A DNA stretch of 58,843 nucleotides from Candidatus Aphodocola excrementigallinarum (GTDB lineage Bacteria > Bacillota_I > Bacilli_A > RF39 > UBA660). The stretch covers positions 1 to 58,843 of the forward strand of contig DVMT01000017.1 of the NCBI GenBank assembly GCA_018714855.1, written 5' to 3'. The stretch's first letter is position 1. Each line of letters begins with the position of its first letter. Below, piece by piece: positions 38,209 through 48,781 of this stretch. The notes under the pieces are model-generated. The model was not told where the DNA came from. It was given only the letters and a program-made list of their open reading frames with translations, and made no database searches. The translations under genes were made by a program, and so were the position numbers.

Positions 38209-38277
38209 AATTTACCACCTCTGTACTTATCATTATCGCAAGTTTTTAAGTGTTTGTCAATTTACATTAACTTACAT

Positions 38278-38547
38278 TTACTCGTTTTTCCTTATTTTTG
38301 TAAAATACTTTACCAAATCATAAGAAGAAACGGAAAAACTAAAAGATAAAAACGCAATAAAAAAGCTTTCAAAACTTATTCCTAAAAAAATAAAGTTTAT
38401 TAATATGCTAATAAAAAGTAAAATCCAAATAATATATTTACTTTTAACTTTAAAAGTTATCTTTATGGTATTACCAAGTATGTTTAAAATGATCCACACG
38501 CATAGTATGTGTGGAAACAAAATATATAAATCTTTTATTTTATCCAA
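38278..38547 (-). CDS. Small membrane protein with three TM helices (89 aa)
   Basis: TTG start after AAGGTGA; three hydrophobic helices. Confidence 0.5.
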   Translation of the reverse strand: MDKIKDLYILFPHILCVWIILNILGNTIKITFKVKSKYIIWILLFISILINFIFLGISFESFFIAFLSFSFSVSSYDLVKYFTKIRKNE

Positions 38548-38558
38548 TTACGATCACC

Positions 38559-38657
38559 TTAATTAATTGTATGATTAATAATTAAGTTTTCTTCGGTTTT
38601 ATTAACCTCATCAATTAAATCATCAAAAATCACAAATAAAAAGCTATAATCTTTCAT
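38559..38657 (-). CDS. Candidate 32-aa acidic sORF coupled to the 89-aa membrane protein
   Basis: GGGAGGATAAAC before the ATG. Peptide is MKDYSFLFVIFDDLIDEVNKTEENLIINHTIN. Its TAA stop is embedded in the next gene's RBS (TAAGGTGA). It falls below the ORF-track length cutoff. Confidence 0.4.
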   Translation of the reverse strand: MKDYSFLFVIFDDLIDEVNKTEENLIINHTIN

Positions 38658-38777
38658 GTTTATCCTCCCATAATGAAATAATAACATAATAAAAAAATAA
38701 AAAAACTTTTTCGACAATTCTTCTTATTTTTATATAAAATAAAACATATTTGTAGTATAATTATTAAAGGTGATTAA

Positions 38778-39374
38778 ATGATTAAGAATTTAACATACAC
38801 CAAGAATTCGGTACTTAATAAAAATGGGGTTGTAACAAATTATGCTAACCGAGGAATGGGACTTGAAAACGACATAAATTTAGCTAATGAATATTATAGA
38901 ATAAAAGATGTAGCATACATATATAAAAAACCAACACCAATTAAATTAGTAAAGGTAGATTATAAGTTAGGGAAAATAAACGAAGCGTATTTTCAAACGC
39001 CATCAACAACGGATTATAATGGAATATATAATGGAAAATACGTTGATTTTGAGGCTAAAGAAACGAATAGTAAGACCTCTTTTTCTCTTTCAAACATACA
39101 TGAGCATCAAATAAAGCATTTAATAAACGTTATGAATAAAGGTGCAATATCATTTATTATAGTAAGGTTTAATAAACTTGGTGAAACTTATTTTTTAAGT
39201 ACAGATATGCTCGAACAATTTATTAAAAATAATAAAAGAAAGTCTATTCCACTTAGTTTTTTTAAAACTTATGGTACAATAATTAAAATAAAGTATAATC
39301 CTAGAATAGACTATATTGAAACTATAAATAATTTATATTTTGGAGGTAATAGCCATGATGAAAAAAAGAAGTAA
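38778..39374 (+). CDS. recU: Holliday junction resolvase RecU
   Basis: YANRGMGLENDIN...DYNGIYNGKYVDFEAKET...HQIKHL. Located immediately upstream of ponA as in Bacillus. Confidence 0.9.
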   Translation: MIKNLTYTKNSVLNKNGVVTNYANRGMGLENDINLANEYYRIKDVAYIYKKPTPIKLVKVDYKLGKINEAYFQTPSTTDYNGIYNGKYVDFEAKETNSKTSFSLSNIHEHQIKHLINVMNKGAISFIIVRFNKLGETYFLSTDMLEQFIKNNKRKSIPLSFFKTYGTIIKIKYNPRIDYIETINNLYFGGNSHDEKKK

Positions 39375-42123
39375 AGTAGGAAACAAGATCGCTAATAACA
39401 TCAAAAGTAAAACCAATGATGTAAAGAAAAAAATAGTTAAAACAAAACCTACTACAAAAAACAAAAAACAACTAAGTAGAAAAAAGAAAATAGTACTAAA
39501 TATTTTACTCGTAATGGTAATAGCTTTTGTATCGTTAATTATGGTGTTTTTTGCATACGTAATAATTAAGGCACCAGAATTTGATCCAGACAATTTAAAA
39601 TACACTCAAATGTCTGAGATATATGATGCTGATGGTAACTTAATAACCAAGATGGGAAATGAAAACAGAACGGAAATTACATATGATGATTTACCTGAGG
39701 TTTTAATAGATGCAATCGTTGCAACAGAAGACTCAAGATTCTTCCAACACAACGGATTTGATTTGCCAAGGTTCGTAAAAGCAGGCGTAGGTCAAGTTTT
39801 CGGTAAAAACGCCGGTGGAGCATCTACCATTACCATGCAGATAGTTAAAAATAACTATACTTCTACCGTTGCAACTGGTTTTGAAGGTATCGTTAGAAAA
39901 TTTACCGATATTTATATGTCTATTTTTAAAGTAGAAAGAAAATACACTAAAAAAGAAATTTTAGAGTTTTACGTAAATGACTCATATTTAGGAAACGGAG
40001 CTTATGGTGTTGAGCAAGCATCACTTAACTACTTTGGAAAATCAGTTAGTGATCTTAACTTAGCTGAAGCATCATTTATAGCAGGATCGTTCCAATCACC
40101 TACTTATTATAATCCTTATAACTATCCTGAAAGGGCAGAAGAAAGAAGACAAACGGTTTTAAATTTAATGCAAAGGCATGGTTATATTACTGAAGAAGAA
40201 AAAAAAATAGCTGAGGCTGAACCTATTACTTCATACATACAAACAACGCAGGTTAACACAACATACTCGGAATATCAAGGATACATTGATACCGTGGTAG
40301 AAGAATTAGAAAACGAGTATGATTTAAATCCATACACCACTCCATTAAAGATATACACCGCGATGAACAGAAGTAAACAAGACTTCGTAAATAAAGTCAT
40401 GAATGGTGAGGCTTGGAACTGGGAGAATGATGTTGTACAATCGGGTATTGTAATGACCGAATCTGCAACCGGCGAAGTAATAGCAGTTGGTGCTGGTAGA
40501 AATAAAAATACGGAGCGTTCTTATAACTATGCTACCATGACAAACAGACAAATAGGATCAACGGCAAAACCAATATTTGATTATGGACCAGCCGTCGAGT
40601 ATTTAGGATGGGGAACCGTAAATTACATTAAAGACGAACCTTGGTCATACTCAAGCGGACAAAAAATGAGTAACTCAGACGGAGGATATAAAGGAACGCT
40701 ACCAATGTATCAGGCTCTTGGACTCTCAAGAAACGTAACAGCTCTTAAAACGTTCCAGCAAGTATCAAGTGAAGCTGGTAATGACAAAATAAAAGAATTC
40801 GCTGAAAGTTTAGGGATAACTCCTGAAGTTGATAAAAATGGAAAAATACACGAAGCTCACAGTATTGGATCATTTACTGGTTCAGAAGATCCTGATGAAT
40901 CAAGAAACAGTCCAATGACTATGGCAGGAGCATACCAAGCATTCTCTAACGGAGGATATTATATTAAACCTCATACAATAACCAAATTCGTATATAAAGA
41001 AACCGATGAGGTAGTAGAGACAAACGCAACTAAAACAAGAGTAATGAACGATTCTACCGCATACATAATTAACTATGCACTAAGCTGGTCCGTTACTGAT
41101 GGACTTGCTAAAAGTGCTGCAAACATCGGAGGCGTTCAAGTAGCAGCAAAAACAGGAACAAGTAACTTTGATTCTAAAACAATTATAGAACATGATTTAT
41201 CAAGTAACGCAATAAATGACTTATGGGTATGTGGATACACTCCAAAGTATACCCTTACAATGTGGTATGGTTATGATCAAATATATTCTGATCACTATAG
41301 TACAACATCAGATTGGACAACACGTGATAGGTTTTATAAAAACCTAGCAGATAACTTATTTGACAAGGATGGCAGTACGTTTGAAGTACCATCAAGCATT
41401 GAAGCAGTAGAAGTTGTAAAAAATTCTATACCACTTAAATTAGCAACTGATTATACACCGGCAAGCATGAAAGTTACTGGATATTTCAGAAAAGGTACGG
41501 CACCAGAAGAATCTTCTAATGCATCTGAAGAAAAACTACCAAACGTATCAAATGTTAAAAGCAGTGTTTCTGGAAATACAGTAACGTTGACATGGGATGG
41601 TATAAGTGCTGAAGAAATGCTAGATTTGAATTATGATGAAAGTTACGGAACGCTCGGATATGATATTTATATTAAAAATGGTTCGAGTGGAAGTGAAACA
41701 TATGTTGGAACAACAACATCTAATTCATACACTCATACAACTAATTATTCCGATCCGGTATACGTAATATATACAGCATACTCAAGTTACAAAGATAACC
41801 GAAGTAGTGGTGTTTCACATAAGGTTTCAGTAACAACGGATTTTGATGTCAGAGCAAGTAATGAGACAATTAACCAAAACGAGGCATGGCATGATAATAA
41901 ACCAATAATAGTATTATATAACTCCGTAGACGTAACTGATGAAGCAACAATTACCCTTGATTCTTCAAAATCACAAACGGTAAACACAAGTGTTCCTGGA
42001 AGTTATACTTTATACTATAAAATAACTTATAATGGGACAACCAAAGAAGTCTCAAGAACCGTCACCGTAAGAGCAAGAGAAACAACAACGACCACAACCA
42101 CAACTTCACCAACAACACAATAA
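39355..42123 (+). CDS. ponA: Class A penicillin-binding protein (PBP1A) with a C-terminal extension that may contain Fn3/Ig-like domains, ending in a poly-Thr tail
   Basis: Start moved to the ATG after GGAGG. Glycosyltransferase motifs EDSRFFQHNGFD and RKFTD, transpeptidase motifs STAKP and KTGTS. The tail reads RETTTTTTTTSPTTQ. Confidence 0.9.
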   Translation: MMKKRSKVGNKIANNIKSKTNDVKKKIVKTKPTTKNKKQLSRKKKIVLNILLVMVIAFVSLIMVFFAYVIIKAPEFDPDNLKYTQMSEIYDADGNLITKMGNENRTEITYDDLPEVLIDAIVATEDSRFFQHNGFDLPRFVKAGVGQVFGKNAGGASTITMQIVKNNYTSTVATGFEGIVRKFTDIYMSIFKVERKYTKKEILEFYVNDSYLGNGAYGVEQASLNYFGKSVSDLNLAEASFIAGSFQSPTYYNPYNYPERAEERRQTVLNLMQRHGYITEEEKKIAEAEPITSYIQTTQVNTTYSEYQGYIDTVVEELENEYDLNPYTTPLKIYTAMNRSKQDFVNKVMNGEAWNWENDVVQSGIVMTESATGEVIAVGAGRNKNTERSYNYATMTNRQIGSTAKPIFDYGPAVEYLGWGTVNYIKDEPWSYSSGQKMSNSDGGYKGTLPMYQALGLSRNVTALKTFQQVSSEAGNDKIKEFAESLGITPEVDKNGKIHEAHSIGSFTGSEDPDESRNSPMTMAGAYQAFSNGGYYIKPHTITKFVYKETDEVVETNATKTRVMNDSTAYIINYALSWSVTDGLAKSAANIGGVQVAAKTGTSNFDSKTIIEHDLSSNAINDLWVCGYTPKYTLTMWYGYDQIYSDHYSTTSDWTTRDRFYKNLADNLFDKDGSTFEVPSSIEAVEVVKNSIPLKLATDYTPASMKVTGYFRKGTAPEESSNASEEKLPNVSNVKSSVSGNTVTLTWDGISAEEMLDLNYDESYGTLGYDIYIKNGSSGSETYVGTTTSNSYTHTTNYSDPVYVIYTAYSSYKDNRSSGVSHKVSVTTDFDVRASNETINQNEAWHDNKPIIVLYNSVDVTDEATITLDSSKSQTVNTSVPGSYTLYYKITYNGTTKEVSRTVTVRARETTTTTTTTSPTTQ

Positions 42124-42153
42124 AAACACAAGTAAAAAAGCTTGTGTTTTTTT
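42123..42153 (+). terminator. Rho-independent terminator of ponA
   Basis: AAAACACAAG-taaaaaag-CTTGTGTTTTTTT. Confidence 0.8.
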
Positions 42154-42172
42154 AATAAAATAAAAGATATAC

Positions 42173-42595
42173 TTACTTACAAGTATATCCTTCTTCTTCT
42201 AATTGTGACCTTACAGATTCTTTTGTACCACTTAAATCTAAGTTTGTTTTTTGTTCTTCACTTAAATCATTCATATCAATGCTTAAATCAAGCTTTAAAG
42301 TATTGCCTTCTTGAGTAACATCTACTTTTCCACCGTTATCTGTTACATCTTCAAACTGGCTTTCCAATAAATTCTTATAAAAACTCATGTAATCTGAATA
42401 CTCATCACCAACGGTAAAATCCATCTTTAAATTAACCTTAGATACCTCATCCTTTGAGAAGTTTACCTTTAATTCTTGAGATGTTTGCATTCCATCTTCA
42501 GACTCACTCATGGTACATGTTAGCGTATCATTACCACATCCAGTTAGAATAAATGCCAATGAAATCGCTAATAAAGACATTAAAACTTTTTTCAT
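42173..42595 (-). CDS. Lipoprotein (lipobox LTGC), possibly YehR/DUF1307-like
   Basis: Signal peptide MKKVLMSLLAISLAFILTGC. The mature protein is bracketed by TCT near its start and YTCK at its end. Confidence 0.6.
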   Translation of the reverse strand: MKKVLMSLLAISLAFILTGCGNDTLTCTMSESEDGMQTSQELKVNFSKDEVSKVNLKMDFTVGDEYSDYMSFYKNLLESQFEDVTDNGGKVDVTQEGNTLKLDLSIDMNDLSEEQKTNLDLSGTKESVRSQLEEEGYTCK

Positions 42596-42696
42596 TACTT
42601 TCCTCCTATAATTAAAGTATACTAAAATAATTATAAAGTTACAATATATTTTGACAAATTTATGACAAAAAAGGCAAGAACGTTTATTCTTGTCTT

Positions 42697-45003
42697 CTAA
42701 AATCTCCAGTTTCTAATTTCTTCTAAATCTTCACCATACTCGGTTATGTATTTAGCATGTTCATCTAATTTACGTTCCATTATTTGTATTATTTCATCTT
42801 TATTTGGAATATTTAAAGATTTAACCGCATCAATAACTAAATTAAACCTATCTATCTTGTTTTTAACTCGCATATCAAATGCCGTTGTTATTGTTCCTTC
42901 CTCAGTATATCCATGAACGTGTATATTATGATTATGTCTAAAATAAGTAAGTTCATGTATTAAAGTAGGATATCCATGAAACGCAAATATTATTGGTTTA
43001 TCAAGCGTAAATAAATAGTCATAAGCTTCATCCCTTAAAGCATGCGGGTGATTTGTAGTTGAATCTAACTTCATTAAGTCAACAACGTTTATAAATCGTA
43101 CTTTTAAACTTGGTATATATTCTTTTAGAATCTTAGTTGCAGCGATTGTCTCAAGAGTTGGTGTATCGCCTGCACAAGCCATTATAATATCAGGATTTGG
43201 ATCATTAGAAACAAATTCCCATATACCAATACCATTTCTGCAATGTCTTTTAGCATCATCCATGTTAAGCCACTGATATGACGGGTGTTTTGATGCAATA
43301 ATTACGTTAACATAGTTTTTACTTCTTAAACAGTGATCCATACAAGATAAAAGACAGTTAGCATCCGGAGGTAAATACATTCTTACAACATCAACCTTTT
43401 TATTAGCAATATGATCTAAGAAACCAGGATCTTGATGAGTAAAACCATTATGATCTTGTTGCCATACGTTTGATGCAAGCAAGAAATTAAGTGAAGAAAT
43501 AGGTTTTCGCCAAGGTATTTCATTGCATACTTTAAGCCATTTAGCGTGCTGTGCAGCCATGGAATCAACGATTCTAATAAATGCCTCATAGCTTGCGAAA
43601 AAGCCGTGTCTACCGGTTAATAAGTACCCTTCTAGCATGCCTTCACACATGTGCTCGGATAACATAGAGTCCATTACCCTTCCGTCTTTTGATAAATACT
43701 CATCATTTTCTTTTACTTCAAGTTGCCAGTCCCTGTTTGTTACGTCAAAAACATCGTATAACCTGTTTGACATCGTTTCGTCTGGTCCAAATATTCTAAA
43801 GTTCTTATTTTGATCATTAAATGTAAAAATATCTTTTATAAAACTACTTAAAACAAGCATATCTTGCTTTTTAACTGCTCCCGGATAAGGAACATCCACT
43901 TTATAATTAGCAAAATCAGGCATAATAAGTTCTTTTCTTAAAAGGCCACCGTTGGTAATTGGATTAGCGCCCATTCTTCTGCTTCCCTTAGGGCACATAC
44001 TTCTTACCTCTTCTATTATGGTTCCGTTTTCATCGAATAACTCCTCTGGATGATAGCTTCTAAGCCAATCTTCAAGTATTTTTATATGCTCTTGTTTATC
44101 CATGCTAACCGGTACTTGGTGTGCTCTAAATGATCCTTCTATTACTTTACCATCAACCACTTTAGGTCCAGTCCAGCCCTTTGGAGTTCTTAAAATAATC
44201 ATCGGCCATAAAACTTTTTCATCATCGCCCAAGTTTTTTATAGCTTTAATATCCGCTACAACCTTATCCATCGTAAGAGCCATTTTCTTATGCATTGAAA
44301 TTGGATTGCTACCCTCTACTAAATAAGGCTTATATCCGCATCCGTAAAAGAAGCAAGAAAGCTCATCATTGCTCATTCTAGAAAAAATCGTTGGATTACT
44401 TATTTTGTATCCATTTAAATGAAGAATAGGTAAAACAACACCATCTGTTTTTCTGTTTAAGAACTTAGTTCCGTGCCAGCTTGTTGCAAGTGGACCCGTT
44501 TCAGCCTCACCATCACCAACAACGCATGCCACGATTAAATCAGGATTATCAAAAGCAGCACCAAAAGCATGAGCAAGAGAATAACCAAGTTCTCCACCTT
44601 CATGAATAGATCCTGGAGTTTCAGGTGCAACGTGAGATGGCACTCCACCGGGAAACGAAAATCTTTTAAATAACTTTTTCAAGCCAGCTTCATCTTCTGT
44701 TACTTCTGGATACTTTTCAGTGTAACTTCCTTCAATGTACGTATTTGCAATCATAAAGTTTCCACCGTGGCCTGGTCCAGATATATAAATCATGTTTAAA
44801 TCATATTTCTTAATTATCCTATTTAAATGAGTATACACAAAGTTTTGACCAGGTACGGTTCCCCAGTGACCTACTATTTTCTTTTTAATATCTTCTTTTC
44901 TAAGTGGCCTTTTTAAAAGCGGGTTATCAAGCAAATAAAGCTGACAAGCTGATAAATAATTAGCCGTTCTAAAATATGCATCTAATCTTTCTAACTCAGT
45001 CAT
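42697..45003 (-). CDS. xfp: Xylulose-5-phosphate/fructose-6-phosphate phosphoketolase
   Basis: [39 protein letters not shown]. Confidence 0.95.
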   Translation of the reverse strand: MTELERLDAYFRTANYLSACQLYLLDNPLLKRPLRKEDIKKKIVGHWGTVPGQNFVYTHLNRIIKKYDLNMIYISGPGHGGNFMIANTYIEGSYTEKYPEVTEDEAGLKKLFKRFSFPGGVPSHVAPETPGSIHEGGELGYSLAHAFGAAFDNPDLIVACVVGDGEAETGPLATSWHGTKFLNRKTDGVVLPILHLNGYKISNPTIFSRMSNDELSCFFYGCGYKPYLVEGSNPISMHKKMALTMDKVVADIKAIKNLGDDEKVLWPMIILRTPKGWTGPKVVDGKVIEGSFRAHQVPVSMDKQEHIKILEDWLRSYHPEELFDENGTIIEEVRSMCPKGSRRMGANPITNGGLLRKELIMPDFANYKVDVPYPGAVKKQDMLVLSSFIKDIFTFNDQNKNFRIFGPDETMSNRLYDVFDVTNRDWQLEVKENDEYLSKDGRVMDSMLSEHMCEGMLEGYLLTGRHGFFASYEAFIRIVDSMAAQHAKWLKVCNEIPWRKPISSLNFLLASNVWQQDHNGFTHQDPGFLDHIANKKVDVVRMYLPPDANCLLSCMDHCLRSKNYVNVIIASKHPSYQWLNMDDAKRHCRNGIGIWEFVSNDPNPDIIMACAGDTPTLETIAATKILKEYIPSLKVRFINVVDLMKLDSTTNHPHALRDEAYDYLFTLDKPIIFAFHGYPTLIHELTYFRHNHNIHVHGYTEEGTITTAFDMRVKNKIDRFNLVIDAVKSLNIPNKDEIIQIMERKLDEHAKYITEYGEDLEEIRNWRF

Positions 45004-45080
45004 TTTACCCCTCTATTCTATATATACTATTGTTATTATAACATAATAAATTAAAAATAAGGCAGCTTTTTGCACCTTAT

Positions 45081-46874
45081 TTAAATATATTTTTTGATAA
45101 TTCTATCAAACTCTTCTTCCATGTTTTCTTTTCTTAGGTAATCGCTAAAACCATCTTCTATATAATGTTCTTTAATAGACTCCTTATTTTTATTCAACAT
45201 AACAATAGTTGGTACGTTAAATCCTTTTTTAGCCTCTTGCAATTTACCTAGAATTGCTAAAGCAGAATCAGGTCTTGCCTCATCTTCTAATATTATAAGA
45301 TCAAATACCTCGCCATCTTCTATTCTTTGAACCAAATCATTACCATGCATCGTTGTTAAAAAATCAATGTCATAATTATTCGATAATGAATTTAAGGATT
45401 TTAATGTTTGTAAGTTATCACTTACGGCAATTACTTTTTTCTTGTTAAATATGTACTTACTATAAAACGGATCTTTTTCTTGTTTTATTTTCTGATCAAT
45501 TACTATAGTAAAGGTACTGCCTTTATTTTCTTCACTTTTTATGTTGATAAAGCCTCCTAGTTTTCTTATTATTTTAAAGGCAAGTTTTAAATCAACATCA
45601 AGGTTATTTAGCTTTAAAAGATCCGTATCCTCTAAATCACTATTACTTTTTAAAAGCTCGTTTAACTTTTCAACGCTCATACCCTTACCAGAGTCTTCTA
45701 TTTCAATTATAAGCCTGCAAACATCGTACTTAACAATTTCGTTTGCACTTAATTCAATATAACCTTCTTTAGTAAACTTTGCAGCGTTAAATAAAATACT
45801 AGTTATCACTTGCTTTAACTTAACAGAATCACCATATAATTCCATTGGTATGTTTTTACTTATGTTAGTTCTTAAACTTACTTTAGGATTAAGTTTACTT
45901 TTAACATTATTTAAAGCGGTATCAAGAAGTGGATATATATTATAAGTTTCGTTAGAAACAACTAATTTACTAGATGAAATACTTGATATATCAAGAACGT
46001 TATTAATGATGTTTTTTAAACCCCTGGCGTTATTTTCAATAACTTTAAGTCCTGTGTCTATCGTTTTTAAATCTTTTTCATTTTCAAGCATCTTTTTAAC
46101 TTCAAGGATGTTTTCAATTGGTTTTTTAGTATCTTGTGACATACTAAATAAGAAGTTTGATTTTTCCTCACTCATACTTTCCAAAAGCTTTTTGTTTTTA
46201 TTTAGTTCATAAATCATTTTAACGTCCGGGTTTTCAATGGTAAAAATCATGATCAAATCAGCATAAGCAGCCATCAAAGATATCATTAATACCTCTGGTG
46301 CAATCCTTCTTATAACAAGTGCTACAACACCTAATATTGCTAAGAAAAATAATGGTATAAACTTTTTGTTATTAGAACTTTTAATGTTTCTTATTAAAGA
46401 TCTAAACACTAGTAATAAAATTAAAATAACATAAATACCAAGTGCTATTATAAGAACGTTCATAGCCTGTCCATTAGTATCTATTACACCATCTTCATTA
46501 ATTACGTTTACTTTTAGGAAAAAGAAACTGACTGATATTATTATGTTTATAACCATCGATATTCTTTGAATTGTCGTTCTTAGTTTTTTATTATTATTTA
46601 AAGATACTATTAAAACATAATTAAATAAAGCCCATACCCATAATAGTATCAATATATAATCGATTCTATGAATGTTATATATGTAATTTGGAATACCAAA
46701 TAAATTCATTAAAATAACCAAAATACATGCTAAAGAAGATTCTAAAAGCGCTATTGTAATTAATAGTGAATATGCTTTAGTCTCATCGCTTTTTATTCTT
46801 TTTTTAGAGAAGAAAACAACAAAAATTAATATGTTTATTAAAACTGCACATATTGGAAAATATAAATTATTCAT
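45081..46874 (-). CDS. Hybrid sensor histidine kinase-like protein (membrane sensor, HisKA, HATPase, REC) with degenerate catalytic motifs
   Basis: H-box reads FLFSMSQDTKKPIENI, with Gln at 46134-46136 where the phospho-His is expected. N-box LFNAAKFT and G1 DSGKGM are present. The G2 GxGLGL region is replaced by NLDVDLKL. The receiver reads AVSDN...DLIILEDEARP. Confidence 0.75.
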   Translation of the reverse strand: MNNLYFPICAVLINILIFVVFFSKKRIKSDETKAYSLLITIALLESSLACILVILMNLFGIPNYIYNIHRIDYILILLWVWALFNYVLIVSLNNNKKLRTTIQRISMVINIIISVSFFFLKVNVINEDGVIDTNGQAMNVLIIALGIYVILILLLVFRSLIRNIKSSNNKKFIPLFFLAILGVVALVIRRIAPEVLMISLMAAYADLIMIFTIENPDVKMIYELNKNKKLLESMSEEKSNFLFSMSQDTKKPIENILEVKKMLENEKDLKTIDTGLKVIENNARGLKNIINNVLDISSISSSKLVVSNETYNIYPLLDTALNNVKSKLNPKVSLRTNISKNIPMELYGDSVKLKQVITSILFNAAKFTKEGYIELSANEIVKYDVCRLIIEIEDSGKGMSVEKLNELLKSNSDLEDTDLLKLNNLDVDLKLAFKIIRKLGGFINIKSEENKGSTFTIVIDQKIKQEKDPFYSKYIFNKKKVIAVSDNLQTLKSLNSLSNNYDIDFLTTMHGNDLVQRIEDGEVFDLIILEDEARPDSALAILGKLQEAKKGFNVPTIVMLNKNKESIKEHYIEDGFSDYLRKENMEEEFDRIIKKYI

Positions 46875-46948
46875 AAATGAACCTCCTTATTTTACACTTA
46901 AAGTATAACATGATTAATAAAACATATCAAATAAAAACCATCATAAAT

Positions 46949-48130
46949 TTATTGATGGTTTCTTTTATTTAATAAAAATGCATTATTTTTGTTAAGATGC
47001 AAATGATTTAAATGTTCAAAAGCATCTTTTTGCTCTACTATTGTTTTATCAACAAAGTGCTTTTTTTTGATATCTTCTTCATTAAAATACCATTCTGATA
47101 AAACATGTTTTTTATACTTTTCCCAATAATCTTTTGGTATATCTTTTCTTCTTACAGCGCAGTGTTCCTCCAGTATTTCATATAATAAGGTCGCTAATTG
47201 ATCTCTTAATTCTTGTATGCCTTCTTTTTTGTCTTCGTGTGACAATTTTATTTTCGTTTTAACGTTATCATCTATACCATATTTTTCTAAATAATCTATT
47301 GGTTTTCCAAATTTAATGTATATATTTTTATCATTCATATCAAAATCAACCGGTTGCTCATATATTACTGGTATAACCAAAGCATTAGTATCTACAGCTG
47401 TTTGAACTAAAGAATAATAACCATTGCACACTAATAAATTAGGAAATAAATCCCATGATGCCTCAAAAAATTTCATTACATCATTACCGGTATTTAAAAC
47501 TTGTCTTTCAACTTCTTTTACGTTTTTTCTATCATTTATTATGTTTTCTATTTTTTTATTATACTTTTTTAATTCATTTTCATATTCTTCTATTAATATT
47601 GGATCATTTGTTATTTTTATATATTCTTCTAATTCTTCTAAATATTTCTTATCTCTTTTAAGATCGTCGTTGTTATAAGGATCATCCATGTCAAAGTATA
47701 TAATTCCGTTTTTTTCAAGTAATGATCCACTAAATGTATCATGAAGATTTTCAAAATCACCAGAAAGCAAAATAACATGTTTTTTAATCGCTTCTAAAAG
47801 CATTTCAATATCCTTTTTTCTTACATGGTTAGGTGTAAAAATAACTGGTCTATCAAATACTTTTTTCTTATCGTTATTTTCGGTATAGTAATACTTTGGA
47901 AGCTTGTTTAAAACATGAAGCTTATAACCTGAAAAATTTCTTTGAGCTTTTAGGCCATAAAATAAAGGCCAATGATATTTTTTATTTTGTTTTAAAGTAT
48001 CTTCTTTAGCCTCATACACGGTATTACCAGTTTTTATATCGTCATCTCTTTGCTTTTTTAAATACTCTAACTCTTTTTTTAATTTTTCTTTTCTTAAAAT
48101 TTCTTTTTGTTGTTTATTCACCAAAATCAC
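46949..48130 (-). CDS. PlsC-like acyltransferase (HX4D) with a coiled-coil insertion
   Basis: NHVRKKD (H-x4-D), GIIYFDMDD, FFEASWD and ALVIPVIYE correspond to acyltransferase blocks I-IV. The start is uncertain by about 9 nt (GTG, TTG or GTG). Confidence 0.5.
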   Translation of the reverse strand: MILVNKQQKEILRKEKLKKELEYLKKQRDDDIKTGNTVYEAKEDTLKQNKKYHWPLFYGLKAQRNFSGYKLHVLNKLPKYYYTENNDKKKVFDRPVIFTPNHVRKKDIEMLLEAIKKHVILLSGDFENLHDTFSGSLLEKNGIIYFDMDDPYNNDDLKRDKKYLEELEEYIKITNDPILIEEYENELKKYNKKIENIINDRKNVKEVERQVLNTGNDVMKFFEASWDLFPNLLVCNGYYSLVQTAVDTNALVIPVIYEQPVDFDMNDKNIYIKFGKPIDYLEKYGIDDNVKTKIKLSHEDKKEGIQELRDQLATLLYEILEEHCAVRRKDIPKDYWEKYKKHVLSEWYFNEEDIKKKHFVDKTIVEQKDAFEHLNHLHLNKNNAFLLNKRNHQ

Positions 48131-48248
48131 CCTTTTATTTATTATTTACTACTAAATACTACAACAATGCATATTGTATCATAATAAAATGGATTTAACA
48201 AGATAAATAAAAAAGACAAGCTTTAAGCCTGCCTTTAATCTTTACTAA

Positions 48249-48641
48249 TTATTTTATTTCGATGTATTTTTTGTTTTCTTCTTCGTCTTTTTTAGGAACG
48301 GTAATTTTTAATACTCCATTATTAAATTCTGCATTAACTTTTTCAGAATCTAAATCATGTAAGTAGAAAGATCTTTGATATTTACCATAAGTTCTTTCAC
48401 GATGAATATAATTCTTATCCTTATCTTCATCATCTTTCTCATTTGATTTTTCAGCTGTAATAGTTAAATAATCTTTCTTAGCTTCGATTTTTATTTCATC
48501 TTTGTTAAATCCAGGAACATCCATTTCAATATGATAATCACCATCTTTTTCGTAAATATCGCATTTCATATTATCATCCCTGTTTGCTGGCATGAAGTCA
48601 TCAAAAAAGTCACCGAAATAATTTCTTGGTAATAAACTCAT
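48249..48641 (-). CDS. Small heat-shock protein, Hsp20/alpha-crystallin family
   Basis: Alpha-crystallin core DIYEKDGDYHIEMDVPGFNKDEIKI...AEFNNGVLKITVPK. The start is moved to MSLLPRN because the ORF-track start lies upstream of the predicted promoter and CIRCE element. Confidence 0.9.
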   Translation of the reverse strand: MSLLPRNYFGDFFDDFMPANRDDNMKCDIYEKDGDYHIEMDVPGFNKDEIKIEAKKDYLTITAEKSNEKDDEDKDKNYIHRERTYGKYQRSFYLHDLDSEKVNAEFNNGVLKITVPKKDEEENKKYIEIK

Positions 48642-48681
48642 ATATCTCATCTTCCTTTCTATTAATGTTATACCACTATTA

Positions 48682-48708
48682 TTAGCACTTGTCAAGTGAA
48701 AGTGCTAT
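48682..48708. promoter_or_regulatory. CIRCE-like HrcA operator overlapping the hsp20 promoter
   Basis: TTAGCACTT-gtcaagtga-AAGTGCTAT versus the consensus TTAGCACTC-N9-GAGTGCTAA. On the minus strand, TTGACA (48690-48695) sits in the spacer, and TATAAC (48667-48672) lies 17 nt downstream. Confidence 0.7.
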
Positions 48709-48781
48709 TTTTTTTATTTTTTTACATCCTTTTTAATATGTGATAAAAATTAAAAATATATACCAAAAAACGAAGATGTTT

